In this document: positions 22,517 to 36,841 of the stretch, piece after piece
Layout: every line of letters starts with the position of its first letter
How positions within the stretch are numbered: position 1 is the first letter of the stretch
Origin: Eledone cirrhosa
Lineage: Eukaryota
Assembly: GCA_964016885.1 (NCBI GenBank)
Contig: OZ024744.1
Location: forward strand, 132,184,001 to 132,248,000
Reading direction: 5' to 3'
Length of the DNA: 64,000 nucleotides
Translations under genes and position numbers: made by a program
Notes under the pieces: model-generated
Database searches by the model: none
What the model was told of the DNA's origin: nothing
Seen by the model: only the letters and a program-made list of their open reading frames with translations

Positions 22517-25319
22517 AGTCGGAGTTAAGTTAAGTTGGGGTTAAGTTAAGTTAGGCTTAACTTAAGTTGGGGTTAAGTTAAGTTGGGGGTAAGTTAAGTT
22601 GGGGGTAAGTTAAGTTGGGGTTAAGTTAAGTTGGGGTTAAGATAAGTGGTGGTTATGTTAAGTTGAGGTTAAGTTAAGTTAGGGTTAAATTAAGTTGGGG
22701 TTAAGTTAAGTTGGGTGTAAGTTAAGTTGGGGTTGAGTGAAGTTGGGGTTAAGTTAAGTTGGGGTTAAGTAGAGTTGGGTTAAGTTAAGTTGGGGTTAAG
22801 TTAAGTTGGTGTTAAGTTGGGGTTAAGTTAAGTTGGGGTTAAGTTGGGGTTAAGTTAAGTGGTGGTTATGTTAAGTTGGGGTTAACTTAAGTTGGGGTTA
22901 ATTTAAATTGGGGTTAAGTTAACTTTGTGGTTAAGTTAAGTTGGGGTTAAGTTAAGTTGGGGTTAAATTAAGTTGGGGTTGAGTGAAGTTGGGGTTAAGT
23001 TAAGTTGGGGTTAAGTTAAGTTGGGGTTAACTTAAGTTGGGTTTAAGTTAAGTTGCGGTTAAGTTAAGTTGGGGTTAAGTTAAGTTGGGGTTAAGTTAAG
23101 TCGGGGTTAATTTAAGTTGGAGTTGAGTTAAGTTGGGGTTAATTTAAGTTGAGGTTATGTTAAGTTGGGGTTAATTTAAGTTGGGGTTAAGTTAAGTTGG
23201 GGTTAAGTTAAGTTGGGGTTAATTTAAGTTGGGATTAAGTTCAGTTGGGTTAAATTAAGTTGGGGTTAAGTTAAGCTGGGGTTAAATTAAGTTGGGGTTA
23301 AGTTAAGTTGGGGTTAAGTTAAGTTGGGGTTAAGTTAAGTTAGGGTTAATTTAAGTTGGGGTTATGTTAAGTTGGGGTTAAGTTAAGTTGGGGTTAAGTC
23401 GAGTTGGGGTTAAGTTAAGTTGGGGTTAGTTAAGTTGAGTTTAAGTTAAGTTGGGGTTAATTTAAGTTGGGGTTAAGTTAAGTTGGGGTTCAGTTAAGTT
23501 GGGGTTAAGTTAAGTTGGGGTTAAGTTAAGTTGGTTTAAGTTAAGTTGGGGTTAGGTTAAGTTGGGGATAAGTTAAGTTGGGGATAAGCTAAGTTGGGGT
23601 TAAGTTAAGTTGGGTTTTAGTTAAGTTGGGGTTAAGTTAAGTTAGGCTTAACTTAAGTTGGGGTTAAGTTAAGTTGGGGGTAAATTAAGTTGGGGGTAAG
23701 TTAAGTTGGGGTTAAGTTAAGTTGGGGTTAAGTTAAGTGGTGGTTATGTTAAGTTGGGGTTAAGTTAAGTTGGGGTTAAATTAAGTTGGGGTTAAGTTAA
23801 GTTGGGTGTAAGTTAAGTTGGGGTTGAGTGAAGTTGGGGTTAAGTTAAGTTGGGGTTAAGTTAAGTTAGGGTTAATTTAAGTTGGGGTTATGTTAAGTTG
23901 GGGTTAAGTTAAGTTGGGGTTAAGTAGAGTTGGGGTTAAGTTAAGTTGGGGTTAAGTTAAGTTGGGGTTAAGTTAAGTCGGGGTTAAGTTAAGTTGGGGT
24001 TGAGTTAAGTTGGGGTTAATTTAAGTTGAGGTTATGTTAAGTTGGGGTTAATTTAAGTTGGGGTTAATTTAAGTTGGGGTTAAGTTAAGTTGGGGTTAAG
24101 TTGAGGTTAAGTTAAGTTGTGGTTAAGTTAAGTTGGGGCTAAGTTAAGTTGGGGCTAAGTTAAGTTGGGGCTAAGTTAAGTTGGGGTTAAGTTAAGTTGG
24201 GGTTAAGTTAAGTTGGGTTTAATTTAAGTTGGGGTCAACTTAAGTTGGGGTTAAGTTGAGTTGGGGTTAAATTAAGTTGGGGTTAATTTAAGTTGGGGCT
24301 AAGTTAAGTTGGGGCTGAGTTAAGTTGGGGTTAAGTTAAGTTGGGGTTAAGTTAAGTTGGGGTTAAGTTAATTTTGGGTTAAGTTAAGTTGTGGTTCAGT
24401 TAAGTTGGGGTTAAGTTAAGTTTGGGTTAATTTGGGGTTAAATTAAGTTGGGGTTAAGTTAAGTTGGGGTTAAGTTAAGTTGGGGTTAAGTTAAGTTGGG
24501 GTTAATTTAAGTTGGGGTTAAGTTAAGTCGGGGTTAAGTTAAGTCGGTGTTAAGTTAAGTTAGGGTTAAGTTAAGTTGGGGTTAAGTTAAGTTGGCTTTA
24601 AGTTAAGCTGGGGTTAAGTTAAGTTGGGGCTAAATTAAGTTGGGGTTAAGTTAAGTTGGGGTTAGGTTAAGTTTGGGTTAGGTTAAGTTGGGGTTAAATT
24701 AAGTTGGGGTTAAGTTAAGTTGGGGTTAAGTTAAGTTGGGGTTAGGTTAAGTTGGGGATAAGTTAAGTTGGGGATAATTTAAGTTGGGGTTAAGTTAAGT
24801 TGGGTTTAAGTTAAGCTGGGGTTAAGTTAAGTTGGGGTTAAATTAAGTTGGGGTTAAGTTAAGTTGGGGTTAAGTTAAGTTTGGGTTAGGTTAAGTTGGG
24901 GATTAGTTAAGTTGGGGATAAGTTAAGTTGGGGTTAAGTTAAGTTGGGTTTAAGTTAAGTTGTGGTTAAGTTAAGTTGGGGTTAAGTTAAGTTGGGGGTT
25001 AAGTTAAGTTGGGGTTAGTTAAGTTTAGTTTAAGTTAAGTTGGGGTTAATTTAAGTTGGGGTTAAGTTAAGTTGGGGTTCAGTTAAGTTGGGGATAAGTC
25101 AAGTTGGGGTTAAGTTAAGTTGGGGTTAAGTTAAGTTGGGGTTAGGTTAAGTTGGGGATAAGTTAAGTTGGGGATAAGCTAAGTTGGGGTTAAGTTAAGT
25201 TGGGTTTAAGTTAAGTTGGGGTTAAGTTAAGTTGGGGTTAAATTAAGTTGGAGATAAGTTAAGCTGGGGTTAAATTAAGTTGGGGTTAAGTTAAGTTGGG
25301 GTTAGGTTAAGTTGGGGTT

Positions 25320-25615
25320 AACCCCAACTTAACTTAACCCCAACTTAACTTAGCCCCAACTTCACTCAACCCCAACTTAACTTAACCCCAACTTCACTCA
25401 ACCCCAACTTAACTCAACCCCAACTTAAGTTAACCCCAACTTAACTTAACCCTAACTTAACTTAACCCCGACTTAACTTAACCCCGACTTAACTTAACCC
25501 CAACTTAACTTAACCCCAACTTAACTTAACCCCAACTTAACTTAATCCCAACTTGACTTAACCCCAACTTAACTCACACCCAACTTAACTTACCCCCAAC
25601 TTAACTTAACCCCAA
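25320..25615 (-). repeat. Inverted satellite block, type C
   Basis: Copy of 10019-10314 at offset 15301. Confidence 0.95.
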
Positions 25616-26834
25616 AATCGGAGTTACGTTAAGTTGGGGTTAAGTTAAGTTAGGCTTAACTTAAGTTGGGCTTAAGTTAAGTTGGGGGTAAGTTAAGTTG
25701 GGGGTAAGTTAAGTTGGGGTTAATTTAAGTTGGGGTTAAGTTACGTGGTGGTTATGTTAAGTTGGGGTTAAGTTAAGTTGGGGTTAAATTAAGTTGGGGT
25801 TAAGTTAAGTTGGGTGTAAGTTAAGTTGGGGTTGAGTGAAGTTGGGGTTAAGTTAAGTTGGGGTTAAGTAGAGTTGGGGTTAAGTTAAGTTGGGGTTAAG
25901 TTAAGTTGGTGTTAAGTTGGGGTTAAGTTAAGTTGGGGTTAAGTTGGGGTTAAGTTAAGTGGTGGTTATGTTAAGTTGGGGTTAACTTAAGTTGGGGTTA
26001 ATTTAAATTGGGGTTAAGTTAACTTGGTGGTTAAGTTAAGTTGGGGTTAAGTTAAGTTGGGGTTAAGTTAAGTTGGGGTTGAGGGAAGTTGGGGTTAAGT
26101 TAAGTTGGGGTTAACTTAAGTTGGGTTTAAGTTAAGTTGCGGTTAAGTTAAGTTGGGGTTAAGTTAAGTTGGGGTTAAGTTAAGTCGGGGTTAAGTTAAG
26201 TTGGGGTTGAGTTAAGTTGGGGTTAATTTAAGTTGAGGTTATGTTAAGTTGGGGTTAATTTAAGTTGGGGTTAAGTTAAGTTGGGGTTAAGTTCAGTTGG
26301 GGTTAATTTAAGTTGGGGTTAAGTTAAGTTGGGTTTAAGTTAAGTTGGGGTTAAATTAAGTTGGGGTTAAATTAAGTTGGGGTTAAGTTAAGTTGGGGTT
26401 AGGTTAAGTTGGGGATAAGTTAAGTTGGGGATAAGCTAAGTTGGGGTTAAGTTAAGTTGGGTTTAAGTTAAGTTGGGGTTAAGTTAAGTCGGGGTTATGT
26501 TAAGTCGGTGTTAAGTTAAGTTAGGGTTAAGTTAAGTTGGGGTTAAGTTAAGTTGGGGTTGAGTTAAGTTGGGGTTGAGTTAAATTGGGGTTGAGTTAAG
26601 TTGGGGTTAAGTTAAGTTGGGGTTAAGTTAAGTTGGGGTTAAGTTAAGTTGGGGTTGAGTTAAGTTGGGGTTACTTCACGTTGGGGCTAAGTTAAGTTGG
26701 GGCTGAGTTAAGTTGGGTGTACGTTAAGTTGGGGTTGACTGAAGTTGGGGTTAAGTTAAGTTGGGGTTAAGTTAAGTTAGGGTTAATTTAAGTTGGGGTT
26801 ATGTTAAGTTGGGGTTAAGTTAAGTTGGGGTTAA

Positions 26835-29800
26835 GTAGAGTTGGGGTTAATTTAAATTGGGGTTAAGTTAAGTTGGTGTTAAGTTGGGGTTAATTTAAGT
26901 GGTGGTTATGTTAAGTTGGGGTTAAGTTAAGTTGGGGTTAATTTAAATTGGGGTTAAGTTAACTTTGTGGTTAAGTTAAGTTGGAGTTAAGTTAAGTTGG
27001 AGTTAAGTTAAGTTGGGGTTGAGTGAAGTTGGGGTTAAGTTAAGTTGGGGTTAACTTAAGTTGGGTTTGAGTTAAGTTGCGGTTAAGTTAAGTTGGGGTT
27101 AAGTTAAGTTGGGGTTAAGTTAAGTCGGGGTTAATTTAAGTTGGGGTTAAGTTAAGTTTAGGTTAAGTTAAGTTGGGGTTAAATTAAGTTGGGGTTAAGT
27201 TAAGTTGGGGTTAAGTTAAGTTGGGGTTAGGTTAAGTTGGGGATAAGTTAAGTTGGGGATAAGTTAAGTTGGGGTTAAGTTAAGTTGGGTTTAAGTTAAG
27301 TTGGGGTTAAGTTAAGTTGGGGTTTAATTAAGTTGGGGTTGAGTTAAGTTGGGGTTGACTTAAGTTGGGCTTAAGTTAAGTTGGGGTTAAGTTAAGATGT
27401 GGTTAAGTTAAGTTGGGGTTAAGTTAAGTTGGGGTTAAATTAAGTTGGGGTTAAGTTAAGTTGGGGGTAAGGTAAGTTGGTGGTAAGTTAAGTTGGGGGT
27501 AAGTTAAGATGGGGCTAAGTTAAGTTGGGGTTAAGTTAATTTGGGGTTAAGTTAAGTTGGGGTTAAGTTAAGTTGGGGTTGACTTAAGTTGGGGTTAAGT
27601 TAAGTTGGGGTTATGTTAAGTTGGGTTTAAGTTAAGTTGGGGTTAAGTTAAGTTGGGGTTAAGTTAAGTTGCGGTTAAGTTAAGTTGGGGTTAAGTTAAG
27701 TTGGGGTTAAGTTAAGTTGGGGTTAAGTTAAGTTGGGGTTAATTTAAGTTGGGGTTAAATTAAGTTGGGGTTAATTTAAGTTGGGGGTTAAGATAAGTTG
27801 GGGTTAAGTTAAGTTGGGGTTAAATTAAGTTGGGGTTAAGTTAAGTTGGGGTTAATTTAAGTTGGGGTTAAGTTAAGTTGGGGTTGAGTTAAGTTGGGGG
27901 TAAGTTAAGTTGGGGGTAAGTTAAGTTGGGTGTAAGTTAAGATGGGGTTAAGTTAAGTTGGGGTTAAGTTATTTTGGGGTTAAGTTAAGTTGGGGGTAAG
28001 TTAAGTTGGTGATAAGTTAAGTTGGGGGTAAGTTAAGTTGGGGTTAAGTTAAGTTGGGTTAAGTTGGGGTTAAGTTAAGTTAGGGTTAAGTTAAGTTGGG
28101 GTTGAGTTAAGTTGGGGTTAAGTTAAGAGGTGGTTATGTTCAGTTGGGGTTAAGTTAAGTTGGGGTTAAGATAAGTTGGGGTTAAGTTAAGTTGGGGTTG
28201 AGTTAAGTTGGGGTTGAGTTAATTTGGGGTTAAGTTAAGTTGGGGTTAACTTAATTTGGGTTTAATTTAAGTTGGGGTTAAGTTAAGTTGGGGTTAAATT
28301 AAGTTGGGATTAAGTTAAGTTGGGTGTACGTTAAGTTGGGGTTGACTGAAGTTGGGGTTAAGTTAAGTTGGGGTTAAGTAGAGTTGGGGTTAATTTAAGT
28401 TGGTGTTAAGTTAAGTTGGTGTTAAGTTGGGGTTAAGTTAAGTTGGGGTTAAGTTGGGGTTAAGTTAAGTGGTGGTTATGTTAAGTTGGGGTTAAGTTAA
28501 GTTGGGGTTAATTTAAATTGGGGTTAAGTTAACTTTGTGGTTAAGTTAAGTTGGAGTTAAGTTAAGTTGGGGTTAAGTTAAGTTGGGGTTGAGTGAAGTT
28601 GGGGTTAATTTAAGTTGGGGTTCAGTTAAGTTGGGGTTAAGTTAAGTTGGGGTTGAGTTAAGTTGGGGTTAATTTAAGTTGAGGTTATTTTAAGTTGGGG
28701 TTAAGTTAAGTTGGGGTTAAGTTAAGTTGGGGTTAAGTTAAGTTGGGGTTAAGTTAAGTTGGGTTTAAGTTAAGTTGGGGTTAAATTAAGTTGGGGTTAA
28801 GTAGAGTTGGGGTTAATTTAAATTGGGGTTAAGTTAAGTTGGTGTTAAGTTGGGGTTAATTTAAGTGGTGGGTATGTTAAGTTGGGGTTAAGTTAAGTTG
28901 GGGTTAATTTAAATTGGGGTTAAGTTAACTTTGTGGTTAAGTTAAGTTGGAGTTAAGTTAAGTTGGAGTTAAGTTAAGTTGGGGTTGAGTGAAGTTGGGG
29001 TTAAGTTAAGTTGGGGTTAACTTAAGTTGGGTTTGAGTTAAGTTGCGGTTAAGTTAAGTTGGGGTTAAGTTAAGTTGGGGTTAAGTTAAGTCGGGGTTAA
29101 TTTAAGTTGGGGTTAAGTTAAGTTTAGGTTAAGTTAAGTTGGGGTTAAATTAAGTTGGGGTTAAGTTAAGTTGGGGTTAAGTTAAGTTGGGGTTAGGTTA
29201 AGTTGGGGATAAGTTAAGTTGGGGATAAGTTAAGTTGGGGTTAAGTTAAGTTGGGTTTAAGTTAAGTTGGGGTTAAGTTAAGTTGGGGTTTAATTAAGTT
29301 GGGGTTGAGTTAAGTTGGGGTTGACTTAAGTTGGGCTTAAGTTAAGTTGGGGTTAAGTTAAGATGTGGTTAAGTTAAGTTGGGGTTAAGTTAAGTTGGGG
29401 TTAAATTAAGTTGGGGTTAAGTTAAGTTGGGGGTAAGGTAAGTTGGTGGTAAGTTAAGTTGGGGGTAAGTTAAGATGGGGCTAAGTTAAGTTGGGGTTAA
29501 GTTAATTTGGGGTTAAGTTAAGTTGGGGTTAAGTTAAGTTGGGGTTGACTTAAGTTGGGGTTAAGTTAAGTTGGGGTTATGTTAAGTTGGGTTTAAGTTA
29601 AGTTGGGGTTAAGTTAAGTTGGGGTTAAGTTAAGTTGCGGTTAAGTTAAGTTGGGGTTAAGTTAAGTTGGGGTTAAGTTAAGTTGGGGTTAAGTTAAGTT
29701 GGGGTTAATTTAAGTTGGGGTTAAATTAAGTTGGGGTTAATTTAAGTTGGGGGTTAAGATAAGTTGGGGTTAAGTTAAGTTGGGGTTAAATTAAGTTGGG

Positions 29801-30780
29801 GTTAAGTTAAGTTGGGGTTAATTTAAGTTGGGGTTAAGTTAAGTTGGGGTTGAGTTAAGTTGGGGGTAAGTTAAGTTGGGGGTAAGTTAAGTTGGGTGTA
29901 AGTTAAGATGGGGTTAAGTTAAGTTGGGGTTAAGTTATTTTGGGGTTAAGTTAAGTTGGGGGTAAGTTAAGTTGGTGATAAGTTAAGTTGGGGGTAAGTT
30001 AAGTTGGGGTTAAGTTAAGTTGGGTTAAGTTGGGGTTAAGTTAAGTTAGGGTTAAGTTAAGTTGGGGTTGAGTTAAGTTGGGGTTAAGTTAAGAGGTGGT
30101 TATGTTCAGTTGGGGTTAAGTTAAGTTGGGGTTAAGTTAAGTTGGGGTTAAGATAAGTTGGGGTTAAGTTAAGTTGGGGTTGAGTTAAGTTGGGGTTGAG
30201 TTAATTTGGGGTTAAGTTAAGTTGGGGTTAACTTAATTTGGGTTTAATTTAAGTTGGGGTTAAGTTAAGTTGGGGTTAAATTAAGTTGGGATTAAGTTAA
30301 GTTGGGTGTACGTTAAGTTGGGGTTGACTGAAGTTGGGGTTAAGTTAAGTTGGGGTTAAGTAGAGTTGGGGTTAATTTAAGTTGGTGTTAAGTTAAGTTG
30401 GTGTTAAGTTGGGGTTAAGTTAAGTTGGGGTTAAGTTGGGGTTAAGTTAAGTGGTGGTTATGTTAAGTTGGGGTTAAGTTAAGTTGGGGTTAATTTAAAT
30501 TGGGGTTAAGTTAACTTTGTGGTTAAGTTAAGTTGGAGTTAAGTTAAGTTGGGGTTAAGTTAAGTTGGGGTTGAGTGAAGTTGGGGTTAATTTAAGTTGG
30601 GGTTCAGTTAAGTTGGGGTTAAGTTAAGTTGGGGTTGAGTTAAGTTGGGGTTAATTTAAGTTGAGGTTATTTTAAGTTGGGGTTAAGTTAAGTTGGGGTT
30701 AAGTTAAGTTGGGGTTAAGTTAAGTTGGGGTTAAGTTAAGTTGGGTTTAAGTTAAGTTGGGTTTAAATTAAGTTGGGGTT
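26835..30780 (+). repeat. Tandem duplication of ~1.97 kb within the satellite
   Basis: Markers GTAGAG 26835/28801, GATGTGG 27396/29362 and AAGAGG 28125/30091 all lie at offset 1966. Confidence 0.85.
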
Positions 30781-32724
30781 AAATTAAAGTGGGGTTAAGT
30801 TAAGTTGGGGGTAAGTTAAGTTGGGGGCAAGTTAAGTTGGTGTTAAGTTAAGTTGGGGTTAAGTTAAGTTGGGGTTAAGTTAAGTTGGGTTTAAGTTAAG
30901 TTGGGACTAAGTTAAGTTAGGGCTAAGTTCAGTTGGGGTAAAGTTAAGTTGGGGCTAAGTTAAGTCGGGTATAAGTTGAGTTGGGGTTAAGTTAAGTTGG
31001 GGTTAAGTTAAGTTGGGGTTAAATTAAGTTGGGGTTAATTAAGTTGGGGTTAAGTTAAGTTGGGGTTAAGTTAAGTTGGGGTTAATTTAAGTTGGGGTTG
31101 TGTTAATTTGGGGTTAAGTTAAGTTGGGGTTATATTAAGTTGGGGTTAAGTTAAGTTGGGTTTAAGTTAAGTTGGGGTTAAGTTAAGTTGGGGTTAAGTT
31201 AAGTTAGGGTTAATTTAAGTTGGGGTTATGTTAAGTTGGGGTTAAGTTAAGCTGGGGTTAAGTAGAGTTGGGGTTAATTTAAGTTGGGGTTAAGTTAAGT
31301 TGGTGTTAAGTTGGGGTTAAGTTAAGTTGGGGTTAAGTTGGGGTTAAGTTGAGTGGTGGTTATGTTAAGTTGGGGTTAAGTTAAGTTGGGGTTAATTTAA
31401 ATTGGGGTTAAGTTAACTTTGTGGTTAAGTTAAGTTGGAGTTAAGTTAAGTTGGGGTTAAGTTAAGTTGGGGTTGAGTGAAGTTGGGGTTAAGTTAAGTT
31501 GGGGTTAACTTAAGTTGGGGTTAAGTTAAGTTGGGGTTAAATTAAGTTGGGTTAAATTAAGGTGGGGTTAAGTTAAGTTGGGGGTAAGTTAAGTTGGGGG
31601 CAAGTTAAGTTGGTGTTAAGTTAAGTTGGGGTTAAGTTAAGTTGGGGTTAAGTTAAGTTGGGTTTAAGTTAAGTTGGGACTAAGTTAAGTTAGGGCTAAG
31701 TTAAGTTGGGGTTAAGTTAAGTTGGGGCTAAGTTAAGTTGGGTCTAAGTTGAGTTGGGGTTAAGTTAAGTTGGGGTTAAGTTAAGTTGGGGTTAAATTAA
31801 GTTGGGGTTAATTAAGTTGGGGTTAAGTTAAGTTGGGGTTAAGTTAAGTTGGGGTTAATTTAAGTTGGGGTTGTGTTAAGTTGGGGTTAACTTAAGTTGG
31901 GGATAAGTTAAGTTGGGGTTAAATTAAGTTGGGGGTAAGTTAAGTTGGTGGTAAGTTAAGTTGGGGTTAAGTTAAGTTGGGGTTAATTTAAATTGGGGTT
32001 AATTTAACTTTGTGGTTAAGTTAAGTTGGGGTTTATTTAAGTTGGGTTTAAGTTAAGTTGGGGTTGAGTTAAGTTGGGGTTGAGTGAAGTTGGGGTTAAG
32101 TTAAGTCGGGGTTAATTTAAGTTGGGGTTGAGTTAAGTCGGGGTTAATTTAAGTTGGGGCTAAGTTAATTTGTGGTTAAGTTAAGTTGGGGTTAAGTTAA
32201 GTTGGGGTTAAATTAAGTTGGGGGTAAGTTAAGTTGGGGGCAAGTTAAGTTGGGGTTAAGTTAAGTTGCGGTTAAGTTAAGTTGGGGTTAAGTTAAGTTG
32301 GGTTTAAGTTAAGTTGGGGTTCAGTTAAGTTGGGGTTAAGTTAAGTTGGGGTTAAGTTAAGTTGGGGTTGAGTTAAGTTGGGGTTTAATTAAGTTGGGGT
32401 TGAGTTAAGTTGGGGTTGAGTTAAGTGGGGGTTGAGTTAAGTTGGGGTTAAGCTAAGTTGGGGTTAAGTTAAATTGAGGTTAAGTTAACTTGGGTTTGAG
32501 TTAAGTTGGGGTTAAGTTAAGTTGGTGTTAAGTTCAGTTCAGGTTAAGTTAACTTGGGGTTAAGTTAAGTTGGGGTTGAGTTAAGTTGGGGTTGAGTTAA
32601 GTTGGGGTTAAGTTAAGTTGGGGTTAACTTAAGTTGGGGTTAAGTTAAGTTGGGGTTAATTTAAGTTGGGGTTCAGTTAAATTGAGGTTAAGATAACTTG
32701 GGTTTGCGTTAAGATGGGGTTAAG

Positions 32725-33546
32725 TTAGGTTTTTCGAAAACCTTATATAATCATTTTTATTTAGGTTCTTCGAAACACCTTATATAATCAATTTTTTTAG
32801 GTTTTTCGAAAAACCTTATATAATTAATTTTTTTATACTTTTAGAAATATTTATATCTGATTTCAAATATTGGATTTTTTAGGTTTTTCGATAATCAATT
32901 TTTTTTAGATTTTTCGAAAAATCTTATATAATCAATTTTTTTACGTTTTTAGAAAGACCTTATATAATCAATTTTTTTATACTTTTAGAAATATTTATAT
33001 CTGATTTCAAATATTGATTTTTTTTTTAGGTTTTTCGAAATACCTTATATAATCAATTTTTTTTAGGTTTTTCAAATTACTTTATATAATCAATTTTTTT
33101 TATCTGATTTCAAATATTGATTTTTTTAGCTTTTTCGACAAAATCTTATATAATCAATTTTTTTTAGGTTTTTCGAAAAAGAATGAATTTGAGTTCATAG
33201 TCGAAATATATACTTCTGCATTAATCTTTTTACGTTTTTTTGATTTTTTTTAAAAAAACGTAAAAAATTAATGCTTTTACAAATCTTTTGAAATATTTAC
33301 TTTCTAGTTTCAAATTTTGCAGATTAAATTTTTCTCGAAAAACCTAAAAAATCAGTTGTCGAAATCAGAAGTTAATATTTCGTAAAACGCAATTTGAAAA
33401 AACTCATATTAATTTTTTTTCGAAAACTTATTATATAATCAATTTTTTTATACTTTTAGAAATTTTTATATCTGATTTCAAATATTGATTTTTTTAGGTT
33501 TTTCGAAAACCCTATATGATCAATTTTTTTTAGGTTTTTCAAAAAA
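32725..33546. repeat. AT-rich island, short class (822 bp)
   Basis: Matches 15870-16691, including the class markers GAAATTTTTATATC and CCCTATATGATC. Confidence 0.95.
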
Positions 33547-36505
33547 GTTACGTTGGGGTTAAGTTAAGTTGGGGTTAAGTTGAGGTTAAGTTAAGTTGTG
33601 GTTAAGTTAAGTTGGGGCTAAGTTAAGTTGGGGCTAAGTTAAGTTGGGGTTAAGTTAAGTTGGGGTTAATTTAAGTTGGGGTTAGGTTAAGTTGGGGATA
33701 AGTTAAGTTGGGGATAAGTTAAGTTGGGGTTAAGTTAAGTTGGGTTTAAGTTAAGCTGGGGTTAAGTTAAGTTGGGGTTAAATTAAGTTGGGGTTAAGTT
33801 AAGTTTGGGTTAGGTTAAGTTGGGGATAATTTAAGTTGGGGATAAGTTAAGTTGGGGTTAAGTTAAGTTGGGTGTAAGTTAAGTTGGGGTTGAGTGAAGT
33901 TGGGGTTAAGTTAAGTTGGGGTTAAGTAGAGTTGGGGTTAAGTTAAGTTGGGGTTAAGTTAAGTTGGTGTTAAGTTGGGGTTAAGTTAAGTTGGGGTTAA
34001 GTTGGGGTTAAGTTAAGTGGTGGTTATGTTAAGTTGGGGTTAACTTAAGTTGGGGTTAATTTAAATTGGGGTTAAGTTAACTTTGTGGTTAAGTTAAGTT
34101 GGGGTTAAGTTAAGTTGGGGTTAAATTAAGTTGGGGTTGAGTGAAGTTGGGGTTAAGTTAAGTTGGGGTTAAGTTAAGTTGGGGTTAACTTAAGTTGGGT
34201 TTAAGTTAAGTTGCGGTTAAGTTAAGTTGGGGTTAAGTTAAGTTGGGGTTAAGTTAAGTCGGGGTTAATTTAAGTTGGAGTTGAGTTAAGTTGGGGTTAA
34301 TTTAAGTTGAGGTTATGTTAAGTTGGGGTTAATTTAAGTTGGGGTTAAGTTAAGTTGGGGTTAAGTTAAGTTGGGGTTAATTTAAGTTGGGATTAAGTTC
34401 AGTTGGGGTTAAATTAAGTTGGGGTTAAGTTAAGCTGGGGTTAAATTAAGTTGGGGTTAAGTTAAGTTGGGGTTAAGTTAAGTTGGGGTTAAGTTAAGTT
34501 AGGGTTAATTTAAGTTGGGGTTATGTTAAGTTGGGGTTAAGTTAAGTTGGGGTTAAGTCGAGTTGGGGTTAAGTTAAGTTGGGGTTAGTTAAGTTGAGTT
34601 TAAGTTAAGTTGGGGTTAATTTAAGTTGGGGTTAAGTTAAGTTGGGGTTCAGTTAAGTTGGGGTTAAGTTAAGTTGGGGTTAAGTTAAGTTGGTTTAAGT
34701 TAAGTTGGGGTTAGGTTAAGTTGGGGATAAGTTAAGTTGGGGATAAGCTAAGTTGGGGTTAAGTTAAGTTGGGTTTTAGTTAAGTTGGGGTTAAGTTAAG
34801 TTAGGCTTAACTTAAGTTGGGGTTAAGTTAAGTTGGGGGTAAATTAAGTTGGGGGTAAGTTAAGTTGGGGTTAAGTTAAGTTGGGGTTAAGTTAAGTGGT
34901 GGTTATGTTAAGTTGGGGTTAAGTTAAGTTGGGGTTAAATTAAGTTGGGGTTAAGTTAAGTTGGGTGTAAGTTAAGTTGGGGTTGAGTGAAGTTGGGGTT
35001 AAGTTAAGTTGGGGTTAAGTTAAGTTAGGGTTAATTTAAGTTGGGGTTATGTTAAGTTGGGGTTAAGTTAAGTTGGGGTTAAGTAGAGTTGGGGTTAAGT
35101 TAAGTTGGGGTTAAGTTAAGTTGGTGTTAAGTTGGGGTTAAGTTAAGTTGGGGTTAAGTTAAGTCGGGGTTAAGTTAAGTTGGGGTTGAGTTAAGTTGGG
35201 GTTAATTTAAGTTGAGGTTATGTTAAGTTGGGGTTAATTTAAGTTGGGGTTAATTTAAGTTGGGGTTAAGTTAAGTTGGGGTTAAGTTGAGGTTAAGTTA
35301 AGTTGTGGTTAAGTTAAGTTGGGGCTAAGTTAAGTTGGGGCTAAGTTAAGTTGGGGCTAAGTTAAGTTGGGGTTAAGTTAAGTTGGGGTTAAGTTAAGTT
35401 GGGTTTAATTTAAGTTGGGGTCAACTTAAGTTGGGGTTAAGTTGAGTTGGGGTTAAATTAAGTTGGGGTTAATTTAAGTTGGGGCTAAGTTAAGTTGGGG
35501 CTGAGTTAAGTTGGGGTTAAGTTAAGTTGGGGTTAAGTTAAGTTGGGGTTAAGTTAATTTTGGGTTAAGTTAAGTTGTGGTTCAGTTAAGTTGGGGTTAA
35601 GTTAAGTTTGGGTTAATTTGGGGTTAAATTAAGTTGGGGTTAAGTTAAGTTGGGGTTAAGTTAAGTTGGGGTTAAGTTAAGTTGGGGTTAATTTAAGTTG
35701 GGGTTAAGTTAAGTCGGGGTTAAGTTAAGTCGGTGTTAAGTTAAGTTAGGGTTAAGTTAAGTTGGGGTTAAGTTAAGTTGGCTTTAAGTTAAGCTGGGGT
35801 TAAGTTAAGTTGGGGTTAAATTAAGTTGGGGTTAAGTTAAGTTGGGGTTAGGTTAAGTTTGGGTTAGGTTAAGTTGGGGTTAAATTAAGTTGGGGTTAAG
35901 TTAAGTTGGGGTTAAGTTAAGTTGGGGTTAGGTTAAGTTGGGGATAAGTTAAGTTGGGGATAATTTAAGTTGGGGTTAAGTTAAGTTGGGTTTAAGTTAA
36001 GCTGGGGTTAAGTTAAGTTGGGGTTAAATTAAGTTGGGGTTAAGTTAAGTTGGGGTTAAGTTAAGTTTGGGTTAGGTTAAGTTGGGGATTAGTTAAGTTG
36101 GGGATAAGTTAAGTTGGGGTTAAGTTAAGTTGGGTTTAAGTTAAGTTGTGGTTAAGTTAAGTTGGGGTTAAGTTAAGTTGGGGGTTAAGTTAAGTTGGGG
36201 TTAGTTAAGTTTAGTTTAAGTTAAGTTGGGGTTAATTTAAGTTGGGGTTAAGTTAAGTTGGGGTTCAGTTAAGTTGGGGATAAGTCAAGTTGGGGTTAAG
36301 TTAAGTTGGGGTTAAGTTAAGTTGGGGTTAGGTTAAGTTGGGGATAAGTTAAGTTGGGGATAAGCTAAGTTGGGGTTAAGTTAAGTTGGGTTTAAGTTAA
36401 GTTGGGGTTAAGTTAAGTTGGGGTTAAATTAAGTTGGAGATAAGTTAAGCTGGGGTTAAATTAAGTTGGGGTTAAGTTAAGTTGGGGTTAGGTTAAGTTG
36501 GGGTT

Positions 36506-36801
36506 AACCCCAACTTAACTTAACCCCAACTTAACTTAGCCCCAACTTCACTCAACCCCAACTTAACTTAACCCCAACTTCACTCAACCCCAACTTAACT
36601 CAACCCCAACTTAAGTTAACCCCAACTTAACTTAACCCTAACTTAACTTAACCCCGACTTAACTTAACCCCGACTTAACTTAACCCCAACTTAACTTAAC
36701 CCCAACTTAACTTAACCCCAACTTAACTTAATCCCAACTTGACTTAACCCCAACTTAACTCACACCCAACTTAACTTACCCCCAACTTAACTTAACCCCA
36801 A
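36506..36801 (-). repeat. Inverted satellite block, type C
   Basis: Same markers and junctions as 10019-10314. Confidence 0.95.
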
Positions 36802-36841
36802 AATCGGAGTTACGTTAAGTTGGGGTTAAGTTAAGTTAGGC